A stretch of 64,000 bases of DNA from an uncultured delta proteobacterium (GTDB taxonomy: Bacteria > Myxococcota_A > Polyangia > Palsa-1104): assembly GCA_963785725.1 (NCBI GenBank), contig CAWAWS010000015.1, forward strand, positions 32,001 to 96,000, given 5' to 3'. A model generated the notes under the pieces. That model was not told where the DNA came from. It saw nothing but the letters and a program-made list of their open reading frames with translations, and made no database searches. Positions 10,298 to 19,893 of the stretch are shown here, in pieces. Numbering within the stretch: the first letter of the stretch is position 1; each line of letters starts with the position of its first letter. Position numbers and translations under genes: made by a program.

Positions 10298-11188
10298 ATG
10301 TCGGCGCGCTCGTCTCTGGTTTGCGTACTGTCGCTCTCGCTGTGGGCCGGCTGCCGTTCGGACGGCTTGACGACCACGGTGCCGGTCGTCGACAGCGGCA
10401 GCCCGGTCGTCGCCGCCGACCTGAGCTTGGGCCCGACCGGCACCTGCAGCCACAACTCGTGCGTCACCGGCATCGCGCTCATCTCCGGCTGCGATCCGTG
10501 CGTCACCGCCATCTGCGCCAAGGACACCAACTGCTGCGGTCGCAACTGGAACGCCACCTGCGTCGAGGAGGTCAGCTCGATCTGCGGCGTGTCGTGCGGT
10601 GGCGACGGCTTCGACGCCGGCACACCCATCGACGCCGCGCTGCCCTCGACCGACGACGGCAACCCGATGCGGCTGGCCTGCTCGCCCAACTTCGGCAGCG
10701 GCTTGACCGCCGCGCACGGCCGCCTCGACGGCTATCTCGTGACCATCCTGCCGCCCAAAGGCGGCTACCAGTGCAACGGCGACAGCCAGCACGTCCACTT
10801 GCAGGTCATGATGATGGGCGCCGTCTACGACATCGCCGTCAACGTGCAGGACGACAACGGCGGCGACGTCTACTTCTTGGCCAAGAACATGATGATGCCC
10901 GACGGCGCCTGGGCCGAAGGCTGGCACGCCGGCTACGGCCTCGGCTACGCGAGCTTGGGCGTGAAGTCGACCGATTTCACGGCCATGGACATCGGCCCCT
11001 TGTCGACCGAGGTCGAGAACGAGCTCGCCACCGTCAATCACATCTCGGTCTTCGGCACCGGCTACAACGCCAACGGCGCGCACCTCATTCACTACGAGGG
11101 CGGCACCAACGACGGCGCCATCGTCATCGAGCCGCAGGATTCGCCGTCGCGGCTGCTCATGTTCCGCTTCGTCGAAGATACGTTCTAG
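10298..11188 (+). CDS. Lipoprotein with Cys-rich module and DUF2278/YukJ-like C-terminal domain
   Basis: Lipobox LWAGC; CSHNSC...CDPCVTAICAKDTNCC...W...C module; HVHLQV..YDIAVNV and GAHLIH..DGAIV. Confidence 0.6.
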   Translation: MSARSSLVCVLSLSLWAGCRSDGLTTTVPVVDSGSPVVAADLSLGPTGTCSHNSCVTGIALISGCDPCVTAICAKDTNCCGRNWNATCVEEVSSICGVSCGGDGFDAGTPIDAALPSTDDGNPMRLACSPNFGSGLTAAHGRLDGYLVTILPPKGGYQCNGDSQHVHLQVMMMGAVYDIAVNVQDDNGGDVYFLAKNMMMPDGAWAEGWHAGYGLGYASLGVKSTDFTAMDIGPLSTEVENELATVNHISVFGTGYNANGAHLIHYEGGTNDGAIVIEPQDSPSRLLMFRFVEDTF

Positions 11189-12169
11189 CTAACGACCGAC
11201 CGGCAGCGCGGCCAGGAACGTCAGCGCCCCCGCCAGCGTCGCGTACTCGATGAAGATGGGCCACGACGGCGGCTGCGGCGGGCGCGACTGAAACGCGCGC
11301 ACGAGCGCCATGATGGCGAGCAGCGCGACCATCCCTTCGCGGCTGACGTACCAGGCGACGCCGAGCAGGATCGCCATCGCCAATTGCTGGCCGCGATCGA
11401 GCGCGCCGAACGCGCGGCCGCCGTCGAGCGGACCGAGCGGCAAGAGGTTGAACAGGTTGATGTACGCCGACAGCTGCGCCAGCGCGAGCCAGTAGTCGCC
11501 GCCGCCGCCGAAATAGCCGATCGCCCACGCCAGCAGCGACGCGCCGAGGCCGAAGCGCGGACCAGCCAGCCCGACGCGCGCCTCTTGGTAAGCGTCGGCG
11601 ATGTGCTGCTTGAGCCGCACGAGCGCGCCCAGCCCGGGAATGAACATCGGCGCCGACGCGTCGACGCCGTAATGGCGCAGCATGATGACGTGGCCCATCT
11701 CGTGGATGTAGATGGCGAAGACCATGCCGACGGCCATCTTCAAGCCCCAGCGGTGCCAATAGACGCCGGCGAAGACGAGCATCGAGGCCAGCGTCGACAG
11801 CTTGGTCAGGCCGAGGAGGATGAGCTTGCCTTTGCCGAGCAGCGCGAGCAGCGAGCCGCCCAGCGTCGCGCCTCCGAGCCACGACTGCGACCGCGAGCCT
11901 TTGGCGCGCGGCGCGTCGACCGCCTGGCCGAGCTCGACGATGCGGGCGGCGACTTCGCGATGCTGGCGCGTCTCTTCGGGCAAGAGCGGCAACGCCGTGC
12001 GCCAGGCCGCGAGCGCGCCGCTCAAGTCGCCGGCGCGCTGCCGTTCGTCTGCGCGCGCGGCCAGCGCCTTGAGCTCGGCGGCGTGCACGAGCGCGCGGCA
12101 CGACGGGCAGGCGAGCAGCGACGGCGGCAGCGCGGCGCCGCACTGCGCGCAGCGCGCGTCAGCCGACAT
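11189..12169 (-). CDS. Site-2 protease (M50) with N-terminal Zn ribbon
   Basis: HEMGH, NLFNLLPLGPLDGG, CAQC/CPSC. Confidence 0.92.
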   Translation of the reverse strand: MSADARCAQCGAALPPSLLACPSCRALVHAAELKALAARADERQRAGDLSGALAAWRTALPLLPEETRQHREVAARIVELGQAVDAPRAKGSRSQSWLGGATLGGSLLALLGKGKLILLGLTKLSTLASMLVFAGVYWHRWGLKMAVGMVFAIYIHEMGHVIMLRHYGVDASAPMFIPGLGALVRLKQHIADAYQEARVGLAGPRFGLGASLLAWAIGYFGGGGDYWLALAQLSAYINLFNLLPLGPLDGGRAFGALDRGQQLAMAILLGVAWYVSREGMVALLAIMALVRAFQSRPPQPPSWPIFIEYATLAGALTFLAALPVGR

Positions 12170-12806
12170 GCGGCGGCGGGCTGACGACTGGCGTGCTCAC
12201 GACGTGCGGTCCCGTGATGGCGAGCTGCGGCGTGCGATTGAGCTTCCACGCTTCCCACAGCGCGAAGCTATTGACGAGGCCCGATAGCGGCGAGTAGTAG
12301 CCGCTGAGGATCGGGCTGATGAGGAGTGAGAGGATGCCGGCGATCTCGTGGCGACTGTCCTGGAACTGCGGCTGCTTGAGCATCTCTAGAAGTTCGGGAA
12401 AGAACGTCAGCGCGACCGAGAGATACGTCAGACCGACAGCGAGCGCCTGGTAGCCGAGGCCGCCTTTGCTGTTCGCGCCCTTGGCGACGGCTCTGCCGAC
12501 CATGTAGCCGACGAGCACCGAAATGAGGCCGAGCCGATAGCCCGTGATCGCCGTGACGCCGTAGTAAATCGCGGCGCCCAAGATGGCCGCGCCGGTGCCG
12601 CCCAACAGCGCCTTGCCGAAGCTGCCTTGGCCGAAGCGCTCGCCGACCGACGCGAGCACGCGGGCGTGGCAGGCGGCGCACAAGATCTTGCCCTGCACCG
12701 TGAAGTAGCGGTCGACGATGGCGCTCTGGCAGCCGACGCAGCTCTGCGCGCTCGGGCCTTTGGCGACGTCGTCATCGGCGCGATCGAACTGCAGCGGCTC
12801 GCTCAT
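12159..12806 (-). CDS. Hypothetical membrane protein with CxxC..CxxC N-terminus
   Basis: MSEPLQFD..CVGC..CAAC followed by TM helices; overlaps the M50 gene start. Confidence 0.75.
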   Translation of the reverse strand: MSEPLQFDRADDDVAKGPSAQSCVGCQSAIVDRYFTVQGKILCAACHARVLASVGERFGQGSFGKALLGGTGAAILGAAIYYGVTAITGYRLGLISVLVGYMVGRAVAKGANSKGGLGYQALAVGLTYLSVALTFFPELLEMLKQPQFQDSRHEIAGILSLLISPILSGYYSPLSGLVNSFALWEAWKLNRTPQLAITGPHVVSTPVVSPPPHVG

Positions 12807-12870
12807 CGGCGCATGATGGGCGCGTCGGCGGCGATCGTCGGTAATGCGGATCACGAGTTGTGTCGAATGG

Positions 12871-14602
12871 TTACGCGACGTCGGCGGCGCTCGCCGGCGG
12901 CTCGGTGGGCACGACGAAGCGGACGGTGGTGCCGACGCCGACCTGGCTCTCGACGGTGATGCGGCCGTGGTGCGCCTCGACGATGCGCTTGGCGAGCGCG
13001 AGGCCGAGGCCGACGCCGCCGGTCTTGCGGGCGCGGCTCTTGTCGCTGCGGAAGAACGGCTCGAACAGCCGCGGCATGTCGCCGGCGTCGATGCCGATGC
13101 CGTGGTCGCTGACGGCAAATTCGATGTCGTCGTCCCGTTTGGCGATGGTGAGCCGAATGGTCGTGCCCGGCTCCGAATATTTGGCGGCGTTGTTGAGCAG
13201 GTTGTCGACGACGCGGCGGAGCATGGCGCCGTCGCCGTAGAGCGTGGGCGCGTCGCCGGCGTCGACCTCGAGCGTGTGGCGCGCGTGCACGGAGCGGAAG
13301 GCGGCGGCGGCGCGCTCGGCCAACTTGCCGCTGTCGATGGCCTCGTAGCGCAAGGTGAGCGCGCCGACGGCGCCGTCGCGGCCGAGATCGAAGCGCGCGA
13401 CGGTGAGCACGTCCTCGACGAGGCGGTCGAGATCGCCCCAATCCTCGGCGATTTCGCGCAGGCACTGCCGCGCCGACTCCATGTCGCCTTCGGCGGCGAT
13501 GTCGAGCGCCACGCGAATGCGCGCCAGCGGCGTGCGCAGCTCGTGCGAGACGTTGGCCAAGAACTCGCGCTGGGCGCGCAAGAGCGCGTTGACTCGCTCG
13601 GCCATGAGGTCGAACGTCTGCGCGACGGCGCCGAGCTCGTCGTTGCGGCGCACGCCGGCGCGCGCGGTCAGGTCGCCCGAGCCGAACGCTTCGGCCGCCG
13701 ACGCCATGCGCGCCAGCGGTCGCGCCAAGCTGCGCGCGAACAGGAACGAGATGACGGCGGCGCCCAAGAGCGCGCAGGCAATGATGATGGGTAACAGCGA
13801 AGGCGACGGCCACAAATGCGCCGGCGGCGGCGAGTGCTGCCGGCCCGGCGGCCCGAACGCGCCCGGCGGCGCGAAGTCGCGCGGCCCGTGTGGCCGATGC
13901 GGCCGGTGCGGAATCATTTGGATCATGCGAGCCGGGTGGGCGATTAGGCGCGTTCGGCCCGTTTGGTCCGTTCGGCCCGTTCGGCTCGGGCGGCCGATGA
14001 CTGCCGAGCTCCGGCGGACCGTCGGGCTCGGGCGGCGGCACGTGGTCGTCGGGTGGCGGCGGCCCAATCGATGCCGGCGAATCGGGCGCATCGGGCGAGC
14101 CGGGCGGCGCGTGCAGTTGCGCGTGCGGCGAACGCATGCCCGTCATCGGCAGGTCGCCGAGCGGTCGATAGTGCACGAGCCCGTAGCCGACCATGGCGCC
14201 GTTGCGCATGATCGGCACCGCCGTCACCGGCAGCGGTCCACGATGGGGAATGAAGATCATGGCCGCCTTTTGCAGCCGCGCCAAGGCTTCGGCGGCGAGC
14301 GGCTCGAGCGGCGGCTCCGTCGAGGCCACCAGCTTGCCGTCGTTGCGATAGAAGCTGAGATCGATGTCCTCGAGCTTCGCCAGCGAGCGCGCCAACGCGT
14401 CGGGCGAGTCGAAGAACTCGGCGAAGCCGTCGAGCACCGCTTTTTGCCGCACCTGCAGCGACTGCCAGGGCGCCTTTTCCAACAGGCGCTGCACGACGAA
14501 GATGGCGATGCCGGCCACCGCCAGCTGCGCGACACCGACGAGATAAATGCTGAGGAGGAGGCGGCGCTTGGGCGGCCGCGCGTCAGTCGGCGGCGTGGGC
14601 AT
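12871..14602 (-). CDS. HAMP-domain sensor histidine kinase (frameshift at ~13900-13930)
   Basis: TM1 in ORF 12851 frame; TM2, HAMP, SHELRTPL, NLLNNAAKY, DHGIGI and GVGLGL in ORF 12871 frame. Confidence 0.9.
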
Positions 14603-15338
14603 CGTCTTCGCCGGCGGCCAGCACATAGCCGGCGCCGCGCACGGTCTTGAGCATGCGCGGATGGCGCGGATCGTCGCCCAACTTTTGCCGCAGCCGCGAA
14701 ATGTGGCCGTCGATGGAGCGGTCGAACGCCTCCTCGGCCGAGCCTTTGGCGATGTCGAGGAGCTGCTCGCGCGAGAGCACGCGGCCGGGCCGCTCCGCAA
14801 ACGCGCGCAGGAGCGCGAACTCGTAGCCGGTGAGCGACATCGGCTTGCCGTCGACGCTGGCGACGAGCGCGCCGACGTCGAGCAGGAGGCCGCCGACGCG
14901 CAGGATGCGCTCGGCCGGGCCGGTGCGGCCGCGCGCCCGGCGAACGTGCGCGCGAATGCGGGCCAGCAGCTCGCGCGACGAGAACGGCTTGGTCACGTAG
15001 TCGTCGGCGCCCGACTCGAGGCCGAGCACGCGATCGGCCTCTTCGCCGCGCGCCGTCAACATCACGATGGGCACGTCTTGGCGCTGGCGCAGCGCGCGGC
15101 AGACTTCGATGCCGTCGCGGCCGGGCAGCATGATGTCGAGCAGCACGAGGTCGAATGCCTGCCGCTTGGCTTGCGTCAGCGCCTCGTCGCCATCGGCCGC
15201 CAGCGTCACGTGCACATGATGGTTCGACAGATACTGCGCCGTGATGCGCGCCAGCCTCTCGTCGTCTTCCACGAGCAGCACCGAGATGCCGCCGACGTCG
15301 GATGCGCTTTCCACGATTTTTAGTATAGGCGAGGACAA
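14583..15338 (-). CDS. OmpR-family response regulator
   Basis: LVEDD, DIMLPG, GADDYVTKPF, wHTH with DRSIDGHISRLR and KTVRGAGY. Confidence 0.95.
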   Translation of the reverse strand: MSSPILKIVESASDVGGISVLLVEDDERLARITAQYLSNHHVHVTLAADGDEALTQAKRQAFDLVLLDIMLPGRDGIEVCRALRQRQDVPIVMLTARGEEADRVLGLESGADDYVTKPFSSRELLARIRAHVRRARGRTGPAERILRVGGLLLDVGALVASVDGKPMSLTGYEFALLRAFAERPGRVLSREQLLDIAKGSAEEAFDRSIDGHISRLRQKLGDDPRHPRMLKTVRGAGYVLAAGEDDAHAAD

Positions 15339-15487
15339 GTGCGCGCACGTGCGGCGATTGTGAACAAGTGTTCGCGTCTAAATCAGCGCGCGGCCGTTGC
15401 GCACACTTGTCGACGCAGGCTTTACGCGGCGGTAACGCTGGCGCGGCATGCTCGTTCTCGCGCCGAATCGCGCACAGGAGAACGCCC

Positions 15488-15784
15488 ATGAAGAAGCTGA
15501 GCTGGATGTTTGGACTCTCGACGGCGCTGGCGCTCGGTGGCGTCGCGCTCGCCGATGACGCCAATACGAATGACGGTCCGCCGCCCGGCCACCACGGTCA
15601 CCATCGCCCGCCGGAAGCGGCGTTCACCGCCTGCGCCAGCCTCACCGAAGGCGCCGCCTGCACCGCCGAAGTGCATGGGAACACCGAGACTGGCAAGTGC
15701 GTCAAAGTCCCCGAGCAGTTCAAGGACGACGCCGGCAAGCTGTTCTGCGGCTTGCCGCATCCGCCGCATCCGCCGCATCCGTAG
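15488..15784 (+). CDS. Small secreted His/Pro-rich protein with four Cys
   Basis: SD AGGAG; signal peptide ending ALA; PPEAAFTAC..EGAAC..GKC..LFC; C-terminal PHPPHPPHP. Confidence 0.8.
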   Translation: MKKLSWMFGLSTALALGGVALADDANTNDGPPPGHHGHHRPPEAAFTACASLTEGAACTAEVHGNTETGKCVKVPEQFKDDAGKLFCGLPHPPHPPHP

Positions 15785-15928
15785 CGCGCGCCAGAACAGC
15801 CGGGCGCGGCTGTGCATTCCCGGCACGTGACGAAACGTGCGCGCGCGATGATGAAGCGCGCAGGGAAGCACGATTCGGCGAACGCAAAAGGCGGCTGCGG
15901 CGTTCAATAGAAAGGAGGGTAGTGCACC

Positions 15929-16165
15929 ATGGCGCAGTCGCAGCTGCAGCGCTTCTTAGAACGCACGCTGGCCTTCGCGCACGAGGCGCTGGAGGCGCCG
16001 ACCGTCGAACGCTTGCGACGGGTTCGCGATTACATGGACGTACTCGGCCGCGTCGAGCGGCTCCAGATGACGCTGGCCGAGGCGCGTCAGATCGTCGTGC
16101 TGGTGACGCAACTGCGCACCGTGTGCGCCGCCGCCGATCGGCAGCTGCAGCAGCTCGGCGGCTAA
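15929..16165 (+). CDS. Hypothetical protein
   Basis: SD AGGAGG; 78 aa helical ORF with coding-like codon usage. Confidence 0.7.
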   Translation: MAQSQLQRFLERTLAFAHEALEAPTVERLRRVRDYMDVLGRVERLQMTLAEARQIVVLVTQLRTVCAAADRQLQQLGG

Positions 16166-16172
16166 ACACTGT

Positions 16173-16670
16173 TTAACTCTTGTTGGGCCGCTTGGGCGTC
16201 CACGCCCAGATCATGCGGCATTCCACCGGCTCGATACCGGCCTCGTCGGTGACGTTGACCGCCACCGTGACCTCGCCTTTGTCGCTGTCGCGAATGTGGG
16301 CGCGCTGTTCGTCGCTGAGCGTGGCGACGGCGCGCAAGCTGCCGGTCGCGCGCTTGCGATAGTCGAGCGCCAGCGACTTGATGACCGGCACGCGATCGTC
16401 GGGCACGTTCATGCCGACGACGAAGCCGCTGGCGGTCTCGGCCAAGAGCGCCATCGCCGCCGCGTGCACGCTGCCGATGTGATTCTGCACGCGCGTGCGG
16501 TTGCGAATGCTGACGACCGCGCGCGACGCCGTCAGCTCCTCGACGCGCAATCCTGCCGTGCCGACGAACTTGACGATGCGACCGAGCACGAGCGAGCGCG
16601 CGGCCGTGCGCAGCGGCGCAGGGAGGCGGTCGAGCGGGGCGAGCGAGCGACTCAAGCGATTGGCGGCCAT
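16173..16670 (-). CDS. Hot-dog fold thioesterase (PaaI/DUF4442-like)
   Basis: NHIGSVHAAAMALLAETASG, YRKRATG. Confidence 0.85.
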   Translation of the reverse strand: MAANRLSRSLAPLDRLPAPLRTAARSLVLGRIVKFVGTAGLRVEELTASRAVVSIRNRTRVQNHIGSVHAAAMALLAETASGFVVGMNVPDDRVPVIKSLALDYRKRATGSLRAVATLSDEQRAHIRDSDKGEVTVAVNVTDEAGIEPVECRMIWAWTPKRPNKS

Positions 16671-16734
16671 GGGCGCGAATGAGAGCACGATCGCGATGCC
16701 CCGGCGGCGCTTTTTGGCTCGCATTTGCCCGACC

Positions 16735-16750
16735 TGGCACGTATTCGGCA
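16735..16750 (+). promoter_or_regulatory. Putative sigma54 promoter of the hemerythrin gene
   Basis: TGGCACGTATTCGGCA, GG-N10-GC. Confidence 0.5.
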
Positions 16751-16820
16751 TTGACCAAGCTCGGGATGCGATCGGCCGCCGCGGTCGATCGTCACAATCA
16801 TCGATTCCCGAGGAGGTGAC

Positions 16821-17307
16821 ATGGACGCCATCAAGCTCTTGAAGCGGCAGCATCGGCTCGTCGAGAAGCTGTTCGCGCGCTTCGAGGAGAGCGACAGCAA
16901 GGCCGAGAAGAAGCAGCTCTTGTTCGCCATCGCCGACAACTTGGCCGTGCACGCGACGATCGAAGAGCGCCACTTCTATCCGGCCGTGCGCGAGCGGCAG
17001 ACCGAAGAGCGAAGTGCTCGAGGCGTACGACGAGCACCTCGAGATCAAGCGGCTCATTCTCGATTGCTTGCACCAGACCGAGGCGCCCGGTTTCGACGGC
17101 ATGGTCGCGGCGCTGAAGGGTTGCGCCCAGCATCACGTCGAGGAAGAGGAGAGCGAATTCTTCCCGCACGTGCAGCAGCTGTTCACGACCGAGGCGATGG
17201 AGGCGCTCGGTCAGACGATGGAAGCCGAGAGCGAGCAGCTCATGGCCGCGGGCGAGCCGCGCAAGAACGTGAAGGTCGAGTCCGAGCAGCCGGCCGCCAA
17301 TTTATAG
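16821..17307 (+). CDS. Hemerythrin (HHE) domain protein, frameshift near 17012
   Basis: MDAIKLLKRQH, HATIEERHFYP, EAYDEH, HHVEEEESEFFP; SD GGAGG. Confidence 0.9.
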
Positions 17308-17876
17308 CGGGACGAAGCATGGCGCGCGCCGCCGCACCATTACGGCGGCGCGCGCCCTGTGTGGACCAGGCGCGCCAGCCAGGCGCGTTTACCGCTTGCG
17401 AGCCAGCGTCTGACGAAAGAACGCAGGCCCGCAGCGTCCTGTTCAGCGCTTCGTTACTCCTTGTAGGAGAGCGTGAAATAACGCGATAACCATTTCACGC
17501 CTCGGTTCCGTTCGATATCCGAAATTCCCCTCAAATCAGCTTTCCGATATCGAGTTATGTCCCCCTTCGAATCACCTCTCGCAGAGTCCATCGGCAGCAA
17601 GTCGCTCGGGTTGAGGCCCGGCTTCGCCCGCTGTTCACGAAAGTGCGATCGCAGCTAAGTGCAGTAAAATTCAACGGCACTCGCGCGAAATTCGTACGTC
17701 GATGTGCGACAAGGTGACGCCTCGCCGCCGGTTTGCATTCACCGTTCGGGAGGCTCGACTACAGTCGTTACGCCCATTCGGATTTTTTTACGTAATAAGA
17801 ATTTCTTCGCTAGAGGTGCGTTCTCCCGCTATGGCATTGTGACTTTCATTCGCGTTGCGAAATGGGAGGATATGCC

Positions 17877-19283
17877 ATGATGAAGCTGCGCACTTGGGCC
17901 AGTCTCACCCTGACGATGAGCTTGATCGTCGGCTGCGGGACGCCCGAAACCGAGGGTTCGACATCCTCCGAACAGGCGTATAAAGCACGCAAAGCCGCGC
18001 GCATCGCCGTCGTCGGTGCTGGACCTTCAGGTCTGACCGCCGCCTACACGTTGCAGCAGCTCGGCTACACCAACGTCACGGTGTTCGAGAAGTCGCCGCA
18101 GGTCGGCGGCAAGGTGCTCTCCTATAATAACGGGACGAGTATCACGGAGCTCGGCGCCGTATTTGCCTCGGCCGATTATGTCTTGGTCAACTCGCTGGCC
18201 AAGAAGTTCAATATCCCGACCGTACCGAGCACGTTGCCGCAATACGTGATCGATCCCTCGGGCAATAAAGAGACCTTCCCGGCGTACATCCAGGCGAAGT
18301 ACACGACGGCGCAGCTCTTGGCGGCCACCGTCGCGTACGCCGCCGTGCAGACGCTGTTCGCCATCCCGATCAACCAGAACGGCTTCGCCAACCTGCCGCC
18401 GGACTTGACGCTGCCGTTCAATCAGTTCGCGGCCAAGTATGGCATCGCGCCCATCGCCGACCTGGCCAAGTGCCTCATGATCGGCTTCGGCTACGGTTAT
18501 TACGAGAATACGCCGGCGATTTATTACATGAAGCTCCTCGGCTGGCTCATCAAGATCGGCGGCACGAGCGGCCTGGAAGCGGCGACCTACTACACGTTCC
18601 CCACCGGCTATCAGTCGCTGTGGATCGCGGTCGCGGGCTCGCTGCCGAACGTCCAGCTGAACTCGGCCGTCACGAAGATCGTGCGTAACCCGTCGTCGGC
18701 GAACCCGGTCACGGTCACGATCAACGGCACGACGACGCAGAACTTCGACGCCATCATCATCTCGGCGCCGCTCGACAAGGTCGGCGGCTTCATGTCGCTG
18801 ACGAGCACGGAGAGCGCGCTCTTCTCGCAGGTCGGCGGCGAGCGTTACGTCGTGAACCTGTTCGCGGCCGCGGGTCTGGCGACGGGCGAGGCCGACTATA
18901 TCTACGACAACACGCCGGCGACGGCGATCAACCACGCGTCGGTGTGGGCGAACTCGAACCCCGCGCAGCCGGTCTACATCGACTACCAGATCGTCGATCC
19001 GGCGGCTTCGGAAGACCTGATCACGTCGACGCTGGCGAGCGACGTGAGCACCTACGGCCACGGCGTGTTCGAGGGCCTGTTGCTGCGCCAGGAGTGGCCG
19101 GAGTACTTCCCGCACGTGTCGTCGGCGTCGATGCAGCGCGGCTTCTACAACTCGGTCGAAGCGCTGCAGGGCGCGAACAACACCTACTACGTCGGTGGCG
19201 ACCTCAGCTTCGAGACGGTCGAGCACTCGGCGCGCTACGCGCAGGCGCTGGTGTTGAAGAACTTCCCGCTCGCGCTGTTCTAA
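17877..19283 (+). CDS. Lipoprotein FAD-dependent oxidoreductase resembling polyunsaturated fatty-acid isomerase (PAI)
   Basis: Lipobox LIVGC; RIAVVGAGPSGL, FEK..VGGK, ELGA; C-terminal W.EYFPHVSS..G.Y..VE.LQG.NNTYYVG..LSF. Confidence 0.8.
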   Translation: MMKLRTWASLTLTMSLIVGCGTPETEGSTSSEQAYKARKAARIAVVGAGPSGLTAAYTLQQLGYTNVTVFEKSPQVGGKVLSYNNGTSITELGAVFASADYVLVNSLAKKFNIPTVPSTLPQYVIDPSGNKETFPAYIQAKYTTAQLLAATVAYAAVQTLFAIPINQNGFANLPPDLTLPFNQFAAKYGIAPIADLAKCLMIGFGYGYYENTPAIYYMKLLGWLIKIGGTSGLEAATYYTFPTGYQSLWIAVAGSLPNVQLNSAVTKIVRNPSSANPVTVTINGTTTQNFDAIIISAPLDKVGGFMSLTSTESALFSQVGGERYVVNLFAAAGLATGEADYIYDNTPATAINHASVWANSNPAQPVYIDYQIVDPAASEDLITSTLASDVSTYGHGVFEGLLLRQEWPEYFPHVSSASMQRGFYNSVEALQGANNTYYVGGDLSFETVEHSARYAQALVLKNFPLALF

Positions 19284-19311
19284 GCCCGCACCGCACTACC
19301 GCTTCAAAATG

Positions 19312-19357
19312 GCGGCCCGCACTCGGCATGGAAACCGAGGCGGGCCGCTTCTTTTTT
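19312..19357 (+). terminator. Rho-independent terminator
   Basis: GCGGCCCGC-(a)CTCGG...CCGAG-GCGGGCCGC stem followed by TTCTTTTTT. Confidence 0.8.
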
Positions 19358-19366
19358 GCGCGAAGA

Positions 19367-19753
19367 TTACGAGGCGCGGACGGCGCCGCCCTTGGTGGCG
19401 ACGATGAATTTGACGACGGCCTTGAGCTTCTCGGCCTCGAACGGCTTCAGCAAGTAGTAGGCGACGCCGGCCCTTTGGCAGGCGAGGATCTTCTCGCGGC
19501 TGGTGATCGAGCTGCACATGATGACGAGCGCTTCGGGATGGCGGCGCAGCAGATCGCTGGCGATGGCGATGCCGTCGCGGCCCGGCAGCACGATGTCGAT
19601 GAGGACGACGGTCGGGCGATGCGTGGCGTAGAGGCCGAACAGCTCCTCGCCGCTGCCGCCTTCGCCGACGGTCTCGTAGCCGATTTCGAGGAGAATCGCC
19701 TGCAGTCGCCGTCGCATGATGGGCGAGTCTTCGATGATGACGGCGGTGGACAT
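19367..19753 (-). CDS. Single-domain CheY-like response regulator
   Basis: IIEDS, IDIVLPGRDG, YLLKPF. Confidence 0.88.
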   Translation of the reverse strand: MSTAVIIEDSPIMRRRLQAILLEIGYETVGEGGSGEELFGLYATHRPTVVLIDIVLPGRDGIAIASDLLRRHPEALVIMCSSITSREKILACQRAGVAYYLLKPFEAEKLKAVVKFIVATKGGAVRAS

Positions 19754-19893
19754 CCACTCACTGCATCGGCGGCAATCGCGGCGACTTGAATCGGGCGCCC
19801 GCTTTTTCGGCCGGTCGCGGCCGACGCCGGTCGAGCCGCCCGATCCGGCAGGGAACATTGAAGCTCGTGCGCCAAGCGGCGCGGCCGCGCGGC

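Noticed and set aside
17832..17849. Sigma54 promoter upstream of the FAD enzyme (TGGCATTG...)
   Set aside because: No GC at the -12 position after GG-N10
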